A DNA stretch of 64,000 bases. Origin: Candidatus Hermodarchaeum yapensis (GTDB lineage Archaea; Asgardarchaeota; Hermodarchaeia; Hermodarchaeales; Hermodarchaeaceae). The notes beneath the pieces were generated by a model. The model saw nothing but the letters and a program-made list of their open reading frames with translations, searched no databases and was not told where the DNA came from. Location: positions 1-64,000 of the forward strand of contig JAEOSK010000010.1 in NCBI GenBank assembly GCA_016840405.1, written 5' to 3'. Positions 40,222 through 50,482 of this stretch are shown here, piece by piece (within the stretch, counting starts at the first letter, position 1; each line of letters begins with the position of its first letter). The position numbers and the translations under genes were made by a program.

Positions 40222-41274
40222 ATGAAATCTAAGGACCTCCCTCTTGCTGTTGTGAAAACCACTCCAGAAACTTATTTCGATGATGTTGCTCGCCTGTTCA
40301 GGTTATCTAAATTTGATCAGTTTATGGACCCCAAAGTTCGGACCGTTATGAAGCTAAACATTTCTTGGCAGGAATACTTCCCCTCGTGTTCAACGCAACC
40401 GTATCAGCTCGATGCTACGCTCCGAGAATTATCCAAGCGGAATTTTTCTGATGTCATCGCCCTGGAGAACATGACGGTGGTTACCGATGCTTACACGGGG
40501 ATGTACAAGAATCGCTATGTGCCCCTTTTAGAAAAACATGATATCCCTTGGACGATTCTTGTTGACGAAGAATGGCAGGAGGTCAATCCTTCAAAGCCCA
40601 TGGTCTTTGGGCAAGAAGATATGCTCATGCCAAAGACGATAATCGATGCTCAAGTCATTCATCTTCCCACCTTCAAATGTCACGGGCACAGCACGATTAC
40701 TTGTTCGATGAAGAATGCCTTTGGTTTTCTTCGAACCGTCCGTCACCACTATCATCTAAAAATTCACGAAATCTTAGTCGACTTGCTCCGCATCCAACAA
40801 GAATTCTGTGGCCCTCTCTTTGCCTTTGCTGATAGTACGATTGCAATGGATGGTGCTGGTCCACGAACAGGACGACCATATGTGCAGAACTACATCGCTG
40901 CGAGTGGTGACCTTGTCGCCCTGGATGCCCTGTGTGCTCAGATGATTGGTTATGACCCCATGAGCATTGGGCACGTCCGTATGGCCCACGAACAAGGCTT
41001 AGGCAATGGCGACCTTTGCACTAAGAAAATGGTGGGAGATGATGTGGAAGGTGTCTGCTTCGATTACGAAACTAAGCTGGATCCGGTTATTCGGTTTGAC
41101 CGATTCTTCCGTAGCAGTTTCCTTGAACCCTTCATGATGCGATCCGCCTTCTTCAATGTCAATGTGAAAATTAGCCATTACTTGCGCGACATCTGGCTTA
41201 AGACACGGGGCAAAAAGCACATCGACCGGATCATGAAAACTTCCTGGGGTAAGCTCTTCCGTCGCTATCTCTAA
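40222..41274 (+). CDS. DUF362-family protein
   Basis: KLN, HLPTFKCH, TCSMKNAFG, MDGAGP, DLVALDA. Confidence 0.82.
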   Translation: MKSKDLPLAVVKTTPETYFDDVARLFRLSKFDQFMDPKVRTVMKLNISWQEYFPSCSTQPYQLDATLRELSKRNFSDVIALENMTVVTDAYTGMYKNRYVPLLEKHDIPWTILVDEEWQEVNPSKPMVFGQEDMLMPKTIIDAQVIHLPTFKCHGHSTITCSMKNAFGFLRTVRHHYHLKIHEILVDLLRIQQEFCGPLFAFADSTIAMDGAGPRTGRPYVQNYIAASGDLVALDALCAQMIGYDPMSIGHVRMAHEQGLGNGDLCTKKMVGDDVEGVCFDYETKLDPVIRFDRFFRSSFLEPFMMRSAFFNVNVKISHYLRDIWLKTRGKKHIDRIMKTSWGKLFRRYL

Positions 41275-41385
41275 CCCCGGTTGGGTTGTTATCCTTCTAA
41301 CTTTTCTGATACTCAATTGGCATAAGGCTTTTGAGTCCAAAAGTGGCACAAGCCCTTACTGAATTCACTTTTCACCACATATTGA

Positions 41386-43938
41386 GTGAATGAGTGTGTA
41401 CCTACCTTGACGGATGAGCAATCTGATCCGAAACCACAAGGGTTCACTTGGGAAAGAATTCGAGATGCTCTGAATCTCAAGGATATACCTCAACTCTTAC
41501 ATGATGATGGCTTCTGGGCTGGCCTCATCGTTCGACTCGTGACGTTAATCGGTTTTCTCCTTTTCATCAACGTGGCTGGCGACCTCAATGATATGAATGA
41601 ATTAGTCTTCAAAGGGATGGCGAACACCCTTCAATTCATTAATCCCTATAGTCAAACCTACATCTTGCAAACCTTCGGTGGCCCATACACGCAAAACTAC
41701 TTCAACTATCCTCCTTTTGCGATTCTTTTCCACCTCCCCTGTATGCTCTGGCCAGGACCGCAAAGCATTGGAACTATTGATTTTATGCCGGCATTTTTTT
41801 TGCTTCACACCTTTTTTGATTCTGTCACTTATTACCGGCTCTGGCAAAGAGACCATCGCATCATCTCGAAGATCATTTGGATTAATCCCTTCTTTGTCTT
41901 CGTTGGCGTCATCACTTTCATGTCTCTTCCACTCATGCTACTCACGCTAGCTCTGTTGAATATTGATAAGCCCATACAGAGTGGTTTGTACTCCACTCTT
42001 CTTGCAGCGACTTACCAAATGGGTGCCCTTTTCGTTCCCTTTCTCATGATTTACCATTGGCGTCGAGGGCAGTTACGTCAAAATATTCTGGGCATGATAC
42101 CCGTCCTCTTAGTTGTCTTAGTGTTTTTTGTCTGGAACCCATTCTTCTTTGTCCGTGATCTGTTTGTCATGCAAGTCGGTCGCCCTCACGTGAACTGGCA
42201 AGACAATAATCCCCTAAGTCCCTATTACAACCGGTATTATCAGACGGCCTTCATCTTTATGGGTTCCATCCCTTCGATTGTGTTTAACATCGCGATTTTC
42301 ATGGGGGTACCACCATCCATTGCTCCACAAATCGCTCCAGTCATGATGGCATTTGTTGGGGTCCTCGGTGTCCTTGCCGTAATTTACTTCTTTAAAAATT
42401 CCAGGAAAGCCCTCGCAATCTTTTTGCCAGGTGTCCTCCTTGCTTTGTTTATCGCCAGCACAGCAGAGGGACTCACGCATTATTGGGTATTATGCCTTAC
42501 TCTGCCTTTTCTGTTCTGGGCGCAGCGTGATTCGTTCAGAGTTCCACCTGATAAAGAAATTTCAGAAGAAATATCGGAGCCTCCCCCGCGAATATCAGAA
42601 AGGGATACTGATGAGGAGGAAATACTGGAGAGCCCACCACCAAAAGAGATTGAACCGATAGTGACGAGAGTTTCGGATGCGCCAACATCACTTTTTATGA
42701 GAATTCGAGTAGCTATTATTAATAGTCTCAAGCTCTATCGTCTATGGTGGAGGGAGATTGGTCTTGGCATCGTTCTCCGAGTGTTAGCACTAGCTCTCGT
42801 TTTATATGTCGCTAGTGTGAATCCCTTCTTTCCTGATATCAATGACATGAATGAGCTGCTCACCAGTGGGCTCACATATATGTTTCAAGGGCTCAATCCC
42901 TATGGGCGTGACTATTGGCTAACTGCCCTCGCCCAAGGTCCGTGTGACATTTATTATCAAGGATTCATTAATTATGGTCCCGGAAGCCTGTTGATTCATC
43001 TCCCCTGCATGATCTACCCTTACTCGCTCAACTTCGCTGGCTGTATGGATTTCCAGCCCAGCTTTATGATCTTGCATGGCATCTTTGACTTTCTCTTATT
43101 TGACCGATTGATGCGTCGCGGTCATCGCATTGTCGCTCTTTTTGTGTTGTACAATCCCATAATGGTTACACTAAACTTCGTGACTCACATGAGTGTCGTC
43201 ATCTTCATACTGTATATGGGCTATGAAAAATGGAAGGATCCTTTCTGGTCAGCTTTCTGGCTTGGACTCGGTGCAGTCACTTACCAATATCTTGCCTTGC
43301 TCCTCCTCTTTGCTATTGCTTATCACATCCGTAGCTATCGAAAATGGCTTATCGGTATTCTACCTGCGGTGGCTATCTTTGGTGTGTTTCAAATATGGGC
43401 TTCAGTAGAAGCAATCCTTTACAATGATCCGTCTCGCCATTTAGCATTGTTAAATGACTTGGTGTTTGTACAATTTGGACGATCCTATGAGGCGTGGCCT
43501 TTACATTGGCACTCTTGGTGGAGTTGGACTGGATCGGTTCCTGCCGTACTTTTTAATTGCATTTGGATTGTCGATAGTTGGATACGAACAAGTTTCGGAT
43601 TAATACCAGTTTCACCTACGATTTGGGTGGAAATTGGTGATCCGCTTCAAGTAGTGACCCGTGGTCCTCTCATGCAACTTTCGGGAGGATTAATTCTTGA
43701 CGGGATTCGGATTGCCACTCTGTTTACCGTCTTGGCTGTACTAGTGACAATGCTGTTCTTGATAAAACTAGTACGCATATCTAGTTTCAAACATAGTATC
43801 ACGTACAGTGCGATGGCTATGGGCCTCTTCTTGGTTGGGGCTCCGGCAGGAATCTGGCATCACAACTTCATCATTGTAATTCCAGTGTTTTTCCTTTGGG
43901 TCTACAGGTCCGTTTTTCCTGATAAAGAAAAATCTTGA
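41386..43938 (+). CDS. Tandem double GT-C (GT87/PIG-M-like) membrane glycosyltransferase
   Basis: Two homologous halves, DLNDMNEL...INPY...FNYPP...LFHLPCM...DFMP and DINDMNEL...LNPY...INYGP...LIHLPCM...DFQP, joined by an acidic Pro-rich linker. Confidence 0.72.
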   Translation: MNECVPTLTDEQSDPKPQGFTWERIRDALNLKDIPQLLHDDGFWAGLIVRLVTLIGFLLFINVAGDLNDMNELVFKGMANTLQFINPYSQTYILQTFGGPYTQNYFNYPPFAILFHLPCMLWPGPQSIGTIDFMPAFFLLHTFFDSVTYYRLWQRDHRIISKIIWINPFFVFVGVITFMSLPLMLLTLALLNIDKPIQSGLYSTLLAATYQMGALFVPFLMIYHWRRGQLRQNILGMIPVLLVVLVFFVWNPFFFVRDLFVMQVGRPHVNWQDNNPLSPYYNRYYQTAFIFMGSIPSIVFNIAIFMGVPPSIAPQIAPVMMAFVGVLGVLAVIYFFKNSRKALAIFLPGVLLALFIASTAEGLTHYWVLCLTLPFLFWAQRDSFRVPPDKEISEEISEPPPRISERDTDEEEILESPPPKEIEPIVTRVSDAPTSLFMRIRVAIINSLKLYRLWWREIGLGIVLRVLALALVLYVASVNPFFPDINDMNELLTSGLTYMFQGLNPYGRDYWLTALAQGPCDIYYQGFINYGPGSLLIHLPCMIYPYSLNFAGCMDFQPSFMILHGIFDFLLFDRLMRRGHRIVALFVLYNPIMVTLNFVTHMSVVIFILYMGYEKWKDPFWSAFWLGLGAVTYQYLALLLLFAIAYHIRSYRKWLIGILPAVAIFGVFQIWASVEAILYNDPSRHLALLNDLVFVQFGRSYEAWPLHWHSWWSWTGSVPAVLFNCIWIVDSWIRTSFGLIPVSPTIWVEIGDPLQVVTRGPLMQLSGGLILDGIRIATLFTVLAVLVTMLFLIKLVRISSFKHSITYSAMAMGLFLVGAPAGIWHHNFIIVIPVFFLWVYRSVFPDKEKS

Positions 43939-44055
43939 TTTCAGTTCAGTCAATCCCAAATTTCTGCGACCGATAATACCCAAGTATTTAAATCCGCGGG
44001 TTTCCTGTATTCACACAGGCTTGCATGTTTGCAATCGAGGGTAGGATGTACACCC

Positions 44056-44598
44056 ATGGCTACTAGGCTAAAGAGAATTGAAGCGGCACGAGAACTGCTC
44101 AAGCTCTTCCACACAAGGAAGCGTATCGAGACCATTATGGAGAAGCACACCTCTCCTCCAGGTGAGTGTCCGTTTTACGATAAGAAAATACTCAGCCATT
44201 GCAGTCTAGATCCTCACGCTGCCCACCTCCAAGATTGCCGGGGTCGCACCTTCGAGGAAGGAATGCTCTGTGAAACTATTGCTGACCTACCCTTAGATCG
44301 GCGAGCTAGAATCACCTTTTCGAATGCCCTCGAAGCCTTACGCGAAGCCCAACAACAGGACCCCCGAACTCTCAGTGCCTTTCTCAGTGCCTTTACTGAC
44401 GGCTATTGGGAACTCCTCGCTGAGGGTGGTCTCACCGATCACGAGATTTTAACCAAGAGTATTCTCGAATTGGAAGCCCTTTTAGCAGAATATTTTGCTG
44501 ATCGCCGATTTGATTTACGCGGAGAAATTAAAGATGTCGTGAATGATTTAACAGAAGAATTTCGTCGACATCTTGAACCTGCTATTAAATGCACATGA
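44056..44598 (+). CDS. Hypothetical protein with a Cys-rich putative metal site
   Basis: CPFY...HC...C...C followed by an acidic helical domain. ATG 44056 follows AGGATG. Confidence 0.7.
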   Translation: MATRLKRIEAARELLKLFHTRKRIETIMEKHTSPPGECPFYDKKILSHCSLDPHAAHLQDCRGRTFEEGMLCETIADLPLDRRARITFSNALEALREAQQQDPRTLSAFLSAFTDGYWELLAEGGLTDHEILTKSILELEALLAEYFADRRFDLRGEIKDVVNDLTEEFRRHLEPAIKCT

Positions 44599-44634
44599 TA
44601 CGTTCTTTGCACCTTGCTAAATGGACGACGGTGT

Positions 44635-46242
44635 CTACTTATTCCATCCAACAAATAGAGGTGCTTCTTGGATGTAAGGACGTCCAGTGACTAATGCAAG
44701 TTCAGCTTTTGCTAATTCGCGACCAATATAGGCAGCATGGTCTAATTGAGATACGAGTTCTCGGGTAAGGATGGCATCGATTAGCTGTTGAGCGCTGGTT
44801 CCTTTCAGTTCAATTGTGGGAACCTCGGTGCTTCTCGAAGCGTAATGGCGAGCTACAATTTGACCTTGCTTTCGGTCAATATGAAAGGTGAAATAACCAG
44901 TCGCATCTAGTCGATGGATTAAGGCTTCGTGGCTCACATCCACTTTCGGGTAATCAGCATCTGGAATAGGTTCGTAGGGTAGTTCAGGGAAACGTTTGGT
45001 TTTGAATAAGAATAAATCAATACCGAGATCTTTGGGGGGTGCCCGTCGGCGGCGAGCGAGATACATCATCTGGGTTGATTGATGGAGTTCCCGCACTGAA
45101 CCCTTTGTTTTGGGACTGACTTCTGTAGTTAACAATAATGAGACACCAAGTTCTTGGGCTATACCTGCAAGTAATGCATTAGCCCCTGGACTGTCTGCGT
45201 CTAGCAGTTCAGTGATGTTGCCAACACCCATCAACAAAGGAACTTTGGGGTGGCGGTCATGAAATTCGATATAGGCACGGAGTGCTTTTGTGAGTCCGGG
45301 AGCGATTAAGGGGTCAAAGAGAGGATCTGCAACGAGTTGCTTAAAACCAAGGCTCCGTGCATTGGATAAGTTATCAGCAAGAAGTTCAATTCGTGTGTCG
45401 AGCGTTTTGGGAATTTCGGCTCCCCCTTGGCTTGCAGGAATAACCGCATAGGTTACACCTTTTCGATAGCGTTTAGGGATATCCATCATGTTGTCTTGAT
45501 CAAGACTCAGAACGAAATGTGCACCACCTTGAAGACCTGCTCTGATTTCTTGGGCGTTCATTGAATCAATGCTAATAGGAACTTGAATCTGTTGACGGAG
45601 GAACTTGACAATCGTTTTCGCTGCATCAGGATCAGGTGATCCTGCCACCATTCCCACATCGATAATGCTAGCACCACTTTTCACAAAATACTGGGCAAGA
45701 CGAAGGAGCTCCTCTTGAGATCTAAGGGGTGCATCGGTGATTTCAGCAATTACACGCATAGGCATTCGTGGACCAATAAGTACCGTTGAGCTCCCTTTTC
45801 CAATTTCCAAATACTCAGCTGATAGAGGGCGCTTAGGGCCTTTTTCCCCCTTCGCGATATCTTGTCTCGCTTTTTTCGCAAGCTGCTCCGCAATAACCAA
45901 ATCTGCTGGCTGAGTTGTTGAAAGGCGGGCTTCAACATCAAAGAGGTTTTCAAGGAGAATTGGAAGGTCAGCAGCATGTTGCGTCCCTTTATACGTGGGA
46001 ATGCCCACGCTTTTCGTGACAATATTAGTGTCACCCGAAACCATTCCAGGCAGGAGAATGAGATTGTATTTTTCTAGAGGACCACGTAGATGTATTTGTG
46101 AAGCCACATATTTTGGATGAAGAAATGCTGCTACAGCTAACGGCAATACAAGTATATCAAACGTGTGTTGAGTTTGTGTTTCATTGAGGATTTGACGAAT
46201 TAAGGGTTCGGCTAATTTTCCTGTCACTAATAGCACTTTCAA
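44635..46242 (-). CDS. Archaeal dihydropteroate synthase-like protein (pterin-binding barrel plus DUF4346-like C-terminus)
   Basis: LLVTGKLA, IAEITDAP, IIDVG, ISIDS, ADP, GVGNITELLDADSPGANALL, HAAYIGRELAKAE. GGAGG precedes TTG 46242. Confidence 0.88.
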   Translation of the reverse strand: MKVLLVTGKLAEPLIRQILNETQTQHTFDILVLPLAVAAFLHPKYVASQIHLRGPLEKYNLILLPGMVSGDTNIVTKSVGIPTYKGTQHAADLPILLENLFDVEARLSTTQPADLVIAEQLAKKARQDIAKGEKGPKRPLSAEYLEIGKGSSTVLIGPRMPMRVIAEITDAPLRSQEELLRLAQYFVKSGASIIDVGMVAGSPDPDAAKTIVKFLRQQIQVPISIDSMNAQEIRAGLQGGAHFVLSLDQDNMMDIPKRYRKGVTYAVIPASQGGAEIPKTLDTRIELLADNLSNARSLGFKQLVADPLFDPLIAPGLTKALRAYIEFHDRHPKVPLLMGVGNITELLDADSPGANALLAGIAQELGVSLLLTTEVSPKTKGSVRELHQSTQMMYLARRRRAPPKDLGIDLFLFKTKRFPELPYEPIPDADYPKVDVSHEALIHRLDATGYFTFHIDRKQGQIVARHYASRSTEVPTIELKGTSAQQLIDAILTRELVSQLDHAAYIGRELAKAELALVTGRPYIQEAPLFVGWNK

Positions 46243-46275
46243 GTGGGGTATACCTCCTCCGTCACTACACAACCG

Positions 46276-47073
46276 TTAATCTTCGTCCCATTCAAACTCA
46301 GCAATATTGCGGTTCGGAATGCCGGGAATGCTAGTATAGATACCCGTCAAGTTGATGATGGGACTTTCGCTCCAGGTTACCAACCAGGATAATAGTTTTT
46401 TTGCGACCAATAGCTTTTGCTGTTTGATAGGACTTGCTCGAATATCCTGATCTAACTCAGGCTTCGAATATTTCCCAATTATATTTCCCAAATCCATGCC
46501 GACCAAGGCAATTCGTTTGGCTCCAAGTCCTTCTGCCCAGAAGGCACATCGATCACCATCGGTGAATCCTCCCAGATTGTGAACTTCGGGTTGTGGTCTA
46601 GCTTGCGTGGAACCCATGGTCTGACTCTGTCTCATTCTTGGAACCCAGAGTTGAAGTGCTGGGATGTTATCGCCATGGGCATGTATGACGACAATAGCAC
46701 CCTGCTGCTGAGCTGCGACAATATCCTCCATATTGCCATCTAGATCTGTCAAGATAAAGTCAGGCACAACTTCATATTCTAAACAAGCCGTTGTTGCGCC
46801 ATCAGCTGCGAATACAATGGTCTCTTCAAATGCAATATTCGTGACTATATGCTCCAAGTTTTGACAAATTGATGGTCCTGCACCACAGACAACGACATTC
46901 TTTCCTTGAACCTTCTTTCGGGCATCTATTAACGAGTAGGCTACATGTTTGATGTATTCACTCAGTAAATCTGCTGCTTCTTGATCGGTTGTGATATTGT
47001 ATCCAAACTGATCAATGATTGCTTGGTATCGGGGCCACCATGTTTTCAGGTCAATTGGACTCACATGTAACAC
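46276..47073 (-). CDS. mptE: 6-hydroxymethyl-7,8-dihydropterin pyrophosphokinase
   Basis: GAGPS, AADGA, TDLDG, HAHGDN, GGFTDGDR. Confidence 0.9.
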   Translation of the reverse strand: MLHVSPIDLKTWWPRYQAIIDQFGYNITTDQEAADLLSEYIKHVAYSLIDARKKVQGKNVVVCGAGPSICQNLEHIVTNIAFEETIVFAADGATTACLEYEVVPDFILTDLDGNMEDIVAAQQQGAIVVIHAHGDNIPALQLWVPRMRQSQTMGSTQARPQPEVHNLGGFTDGDRCAFWAEGLGAKRIALVGMDLGNIIGKYSKPELDQDIRASPIKQQKLLVAKKLLSWLVTWSESPIINLTGIYTSIPGIPNRNIAEFEWDED

Positions 47074-47120
47074 CTACTGTGGGGCTTTCTAGAAAATGAA
47101 CTGATTGAATTCAAATGGTT

Positions 47121-48074
47121 TTAGGGTGAATGATTTTCATTAATCTGCCGTCGTGCTTCTCCCATTGTGATAGTCTCTTCTGCTACCAGATCATGACGGT
47201 GAATGCATTCTTCGTTGCGTTGAATAAAATGTAATTCCATACTATCAGGAAGATCAGGATACGCTTCAACGACGTTTTTCACCATTTGCCGTATGGCATC
47301 CTCAACAAATTTGGGGTTATTAAGAGCTGTTTGAACTACAGTCGCTTCATCAGGGCGTTTTAGCAGCTCGTAGGAACTCGCACTCATCGCCTGCTCCACT
47401 AATCCAACTAACTGAATGGCATCGAGGTAGAAGTCCTCTGGTGTTTCTACCATGACCGATCCGTAACTTCGTTGCATGTGACTTCCAATAGGCAAAGTAT
47501 CAACGAGGTGTTGAATGCGACTTTCATCTAATTGCAGTTCGGTTTTCAACTTTTTTTCAACTTGATCCCGTAACATTTCTTGTGCACATGGGCAGGCTGT
47601 GATTCCACCAACAGTGACACCTATCCATTGGCGAAAACTAATCTTTCCTTTTTTCCCTCGACTTGCAATAGCTCGGGCCTTCATGGTACACGATTCATAG
47701 GTTCGCATGTCACTTTCTGGGGTTTTCCGTGCATAAACCACATCAGCTGCGGCAACCACTTCAGCTTCAGTTGCATAATCGTGTCGTTCTAATTGCTCCC
47801 TGGCAATATCAGCACACAAATCCTCTAAGCGATTTAACTTCTCAGCGTGTTGGCTCACAATCTCAACCGTTGCTTCATAGCTTCGTGAGGGGTGAATCCC
47901 CTTTTGATATGCTGGTAAATTGACATAAACATCGAAGGTGGGAACAACGATGGCCGGTTGTTCTTCAAAGAAGATGAACTGAATGGGAACGCGGATGCTT
48001 GTTACTCCGACACGACGAACGGAAATTTGAACCTCGGGTTTGTCAACGTGTACGTCTCGAGGGGACAACTGCAT
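47121..48074 (-). CDS. mptA: GTP cyclohydrolase MptA/FolE2
   Basis: RVGV, QKGIHPSR, TACPCA, HMQR, LLKRPDE, NPKFVED, EECIHRH. Confidence 0.92.
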   Translation of the reverse strand: MQLSPRDVHVDKPEVQISVRRVGVTSIRVPIQFIFFEEQPAIVVPTFDVYVNLPAYQKGIHPSRSYEATVEIVSQHAEKLNRLEDLCADIAREQLERHDYATEAEVVAAADVVYARKTPESDMRTYESCTMKARAIASRGKKGKISFRQWIGVTVGGITACPCAQEMLRDQVEKKLKTELQLDESRIQHLVDTLPIGSHMQRSYGSVMVETPEDFYLDAIQLVGLVEQAMSASSYELLKRPDEATVVQTALNNPKFVEDAIRQMVKNVVEAYPDLPDSMELHFIQRNEECIHRHDLVAEETITMGEARRQINENHSP

Positions 48075-48365
48075 TTACCTCCGCAATGTGTGTGAGTGGT
48101 CAGCCTAAAGCTTTTACTGAATTATGGATTTCAGGAAATCTATAAGTAAAAATAAATTCCTGAAGTTGTTTATAAAAACCGTTAGTGTGTTTGAAAGAAA
48201 TAAGCCCAACTTGACTCGTTTTTTGTTTATTGGAAAGAAGAATTCGTTGCTTTCGTCACCATAACTGAATTATAGGAGAACGATTGCATACTATAATTCC
48301 TGTTCGGACGATCGATAGGGTCTGCCACATATTTCCCCAACTGATGCGATGGTGGAGGACGATCA

Positions 48366-48752
48366 ATGGATTACTCAATGCTGCGTTTCAGACGATCACT
48401 TCAAGCACTGGCGGCTCCCGCAGACGTCCAACTCCAACTTGTTCCCGATTACTTATGGGGAGTAGATGAATTAGCCATCGAGTTTGATCAATGGTTTCAA
48501 GTGATGAAACGTCGGCGAACCATTTTCTCCAAAAAGCAACGCAGTATTCTGGAAGATCTAAACAAGAAACTCGATGAGATAAGTGGACCAGAAAATCTTC
48601 GATATTGGATGGAAGATACCGTCCGGACCGATATTGCCTGGGAGGACATCCGCAATTTAGCCCGAAACGCGCTGGATGCCATGGGTTGGCCCCGTCAGGA
48701 AACGCTGAAGAAATCTAGCGAAATTCCTGTAAAAGCCTCTTATGGGGAATAG
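48366..48752 (+). CDS. Hypothetical helical protein (possibly immunity-protein-like)
   Basis: 128-aa ORF after a GGTGGAGG RBS; Trp/acidic pattern DELAIEFDQW...W...WEDIRNLA...GW. Confidence 0.65.
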   Translation: MDYSMLRFRRSLQALAAPADVQLQLVPDYLWGVDELAIEFDQWFQVMKRRRTIFSKKQRSILEDLNKKLDEISGPENLRYWMEDTVRTDIAWEDIRNLARNALDAMGWPRQETLKKSSEIPVKASYGE

Positions 48753-48842
48753 GTGCACCACTTTTTTGTTTAGAAAAGACATTAAGACTAGATGCATTGC
48801 CCTAGTGTATGGATATGCGGGCTAGCTGGTGGTTGCATCATA

Positions 48843-49487
48843 GTGAATTCTGAACAGCTTGAAAGGATGGGGTTTGTTGAAGGAGATGTAGTTGAATCCA
48901 TCATCACTACCCTCTCTTCAGATCAAGAATTCAATGCAGCCCCAATGGGCGTATGGGTTCACCCAGATCACCAACTCATTATTCGACCTTATGAAGGAAC
49001 ACAAACCGCCAGTAACATTCAAGACGTTGGAGAAGCGGTCATCAACATCACACATGATCCTCATGTTTTCCTCGTCACCGCGTTCAAAGAAGAACTCTCT
49101 TCATCTCCACAGTTTGAGTTTGAATCTGCAATCACGGTTAAGGCTCCGAGACTAGCTGGTATGTCGGGGTATCTTGAAGTAACTGTTGAACCTAAGCTCG
49201 TTGAGGAAGATACACCACGATACCGGGAACTATTATGCACTCTCCAACATATTGAGATTGCATCACCTTTTCCGGTGGTCCTTTCCCGAGCTCGTTGTGC
49301 CGCGATTGAATGTGTTATTCACGCCACTCGAGTTCGTGCATTTCACACTATTGACGAAGCAACCACCCAAAGGCTAGTCCATCGCATCGATGATCTTAGG
49401 ACACTTGTCAATCGTATTGCTGCCAAATCTCCGGCCGCAGAGGTCATTCAAAAAGTAATAGAAATGCTTCCACGTTGGACAAAGTGA
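48843..49487 (+). CDS. DUF447-family protein (methanopterin-associated split barrel)
   Basis: ESIITT...NAAPMG...T..N...SRA..AAIE..IHATR; overlaps the RFAP synthase start. Confidence 0.82.
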   Translation: MNSEQLERMGFVEGDVVESIITTLSSDQEFNAAPMGVWVHPDHQLIIRPYEGTQTASNIQDVGEAVINITHDPHVFLVTAFKEELSSSPQFEFESAITVKAPRLAGMSGYLEVTVEPKLVEEDTPRYRELLCTLQHIEIASPFPVVLSRARCAAIECVIHATRVRAFHTIDEATTQRLVHRIDDLRTLVNRIAAKSPAAEVIQKVIEMLPRWTK

Positions 49488-50482
49488 GCGGAATGTCACA
49501 GCCAGAATTCGACTCGGTCACAATTCGTGCAACCGCCCGTCTTCATCTAGGCTTTATTGACTTACATGGCGGATTGGGTCGCATCTTCGGATCATTAGGA
49601 TTATCAATTAACAAACCCACATGCGTCGTTGAACTCCAACGCAAAAAAGAAGGCCTGGTCGTTACTGGCGAGGAAAAAGAGAGAGTAAAAAATCTAGTTG
49701 AACGGCTGGCTAACCAGTTTGGAACTGACAAAGGTTTTCAACTCACAGTGTGGGAATCGATTCCAAAGCACGTGGGATTAGGTTCTGGTACTCAGTTGTC
49801 TCTAGCGGTGGGAACTGCTATCGCCATGTTATATGGGAAATCGTTTACTACGCATGAATTGTCACAGATCATGGGTCGAGGTGTGGTCTCAGGTGTTGGT
49901 ACAGCGACATTTGCTGGAGGTGGATTTGTGATTGATGGTGGAAAGCCAACGACAATCCCTGAAGGCAAAGGTACGGAAGATGTTCCACCCCTCCTTATAC
50001 AACAACCTGTACCTGAGGATTGGAATTTCATCATTGCTATTCCCGATGTTTCAAAGGGTCTTAGTGGAGGGCACGAGAAACATGCGTTTCAAGAATTACC
50101 AAAAGGGAAGGCAAGTCATGCCAAGGAAACGAGTCGACTAGTACTAATGCAACTGCTTCCAGCCCTAATTAGAGATGATATCGATCAATTCGGTGAAGCA
50201 TTAACACGGATTCAAGTATTAGTCGGAGATGCGTTTTCTAAAGCTCAGGGAGGTCGATTTGCCAGCCCTGAAATAACAAAATGCGTGGACACTATGCTCA
50301 AGGCTGGAGCTGTCGGAGCAGGACAGAGCTCTTGGGGACCAACCTGTTATGGACTTGTCCGTGACATGAAAACTGCAATAAAGGTAAAGACTGCAGTGAG
50401 TAAAGCTATAGGCACTCCTTCTGGCGGCACAACCTTCATTGCAACAGCGAATAATCAAGGAGCTCAGATTATTACCAGTTAA
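49484..50482 (+). CDS. mptG: Beta-ribofuranosylaminobenzene 5'-phosphate (RFAP) synthase, GHMP family
   Basis: ARLHLGFIDL, HVGLGSGTQL, GRG..SGVG, GGFVIDGG, GQSSWGPT. GTG 49484 overlaps the upstream stop (GTGA). Confidence 0.9.
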   Translation: MSGMSQPEFDSVTIRATARLHLGFIDLHGGLGRIFGSLGLSINKPTCVVELQRKKEGLVVTGEEKERVKNLVERLANQFGTDKGFQLTVWESIPKHVGLGSGTQLSLAVGTAIAMLYGKSFTTHELSQIMGRGVVSGVGTATFAGGGFVIDGGKPTTIPEGKGTEDVPPLLIQQPVPEDWNFIIAIPDVSKGLSGGHEKHAFQELPKGKASHAKETSRLVLMQLLPALIRDDIDQFGEALTRIQVLVGDAFSKAQGGRFASPEITKCVDTMLKAGAVGAGQSSWGPTCYGLVRDMKTAIKVKTAVSKAIGTPSGGTTFIATANNQGAQIITS

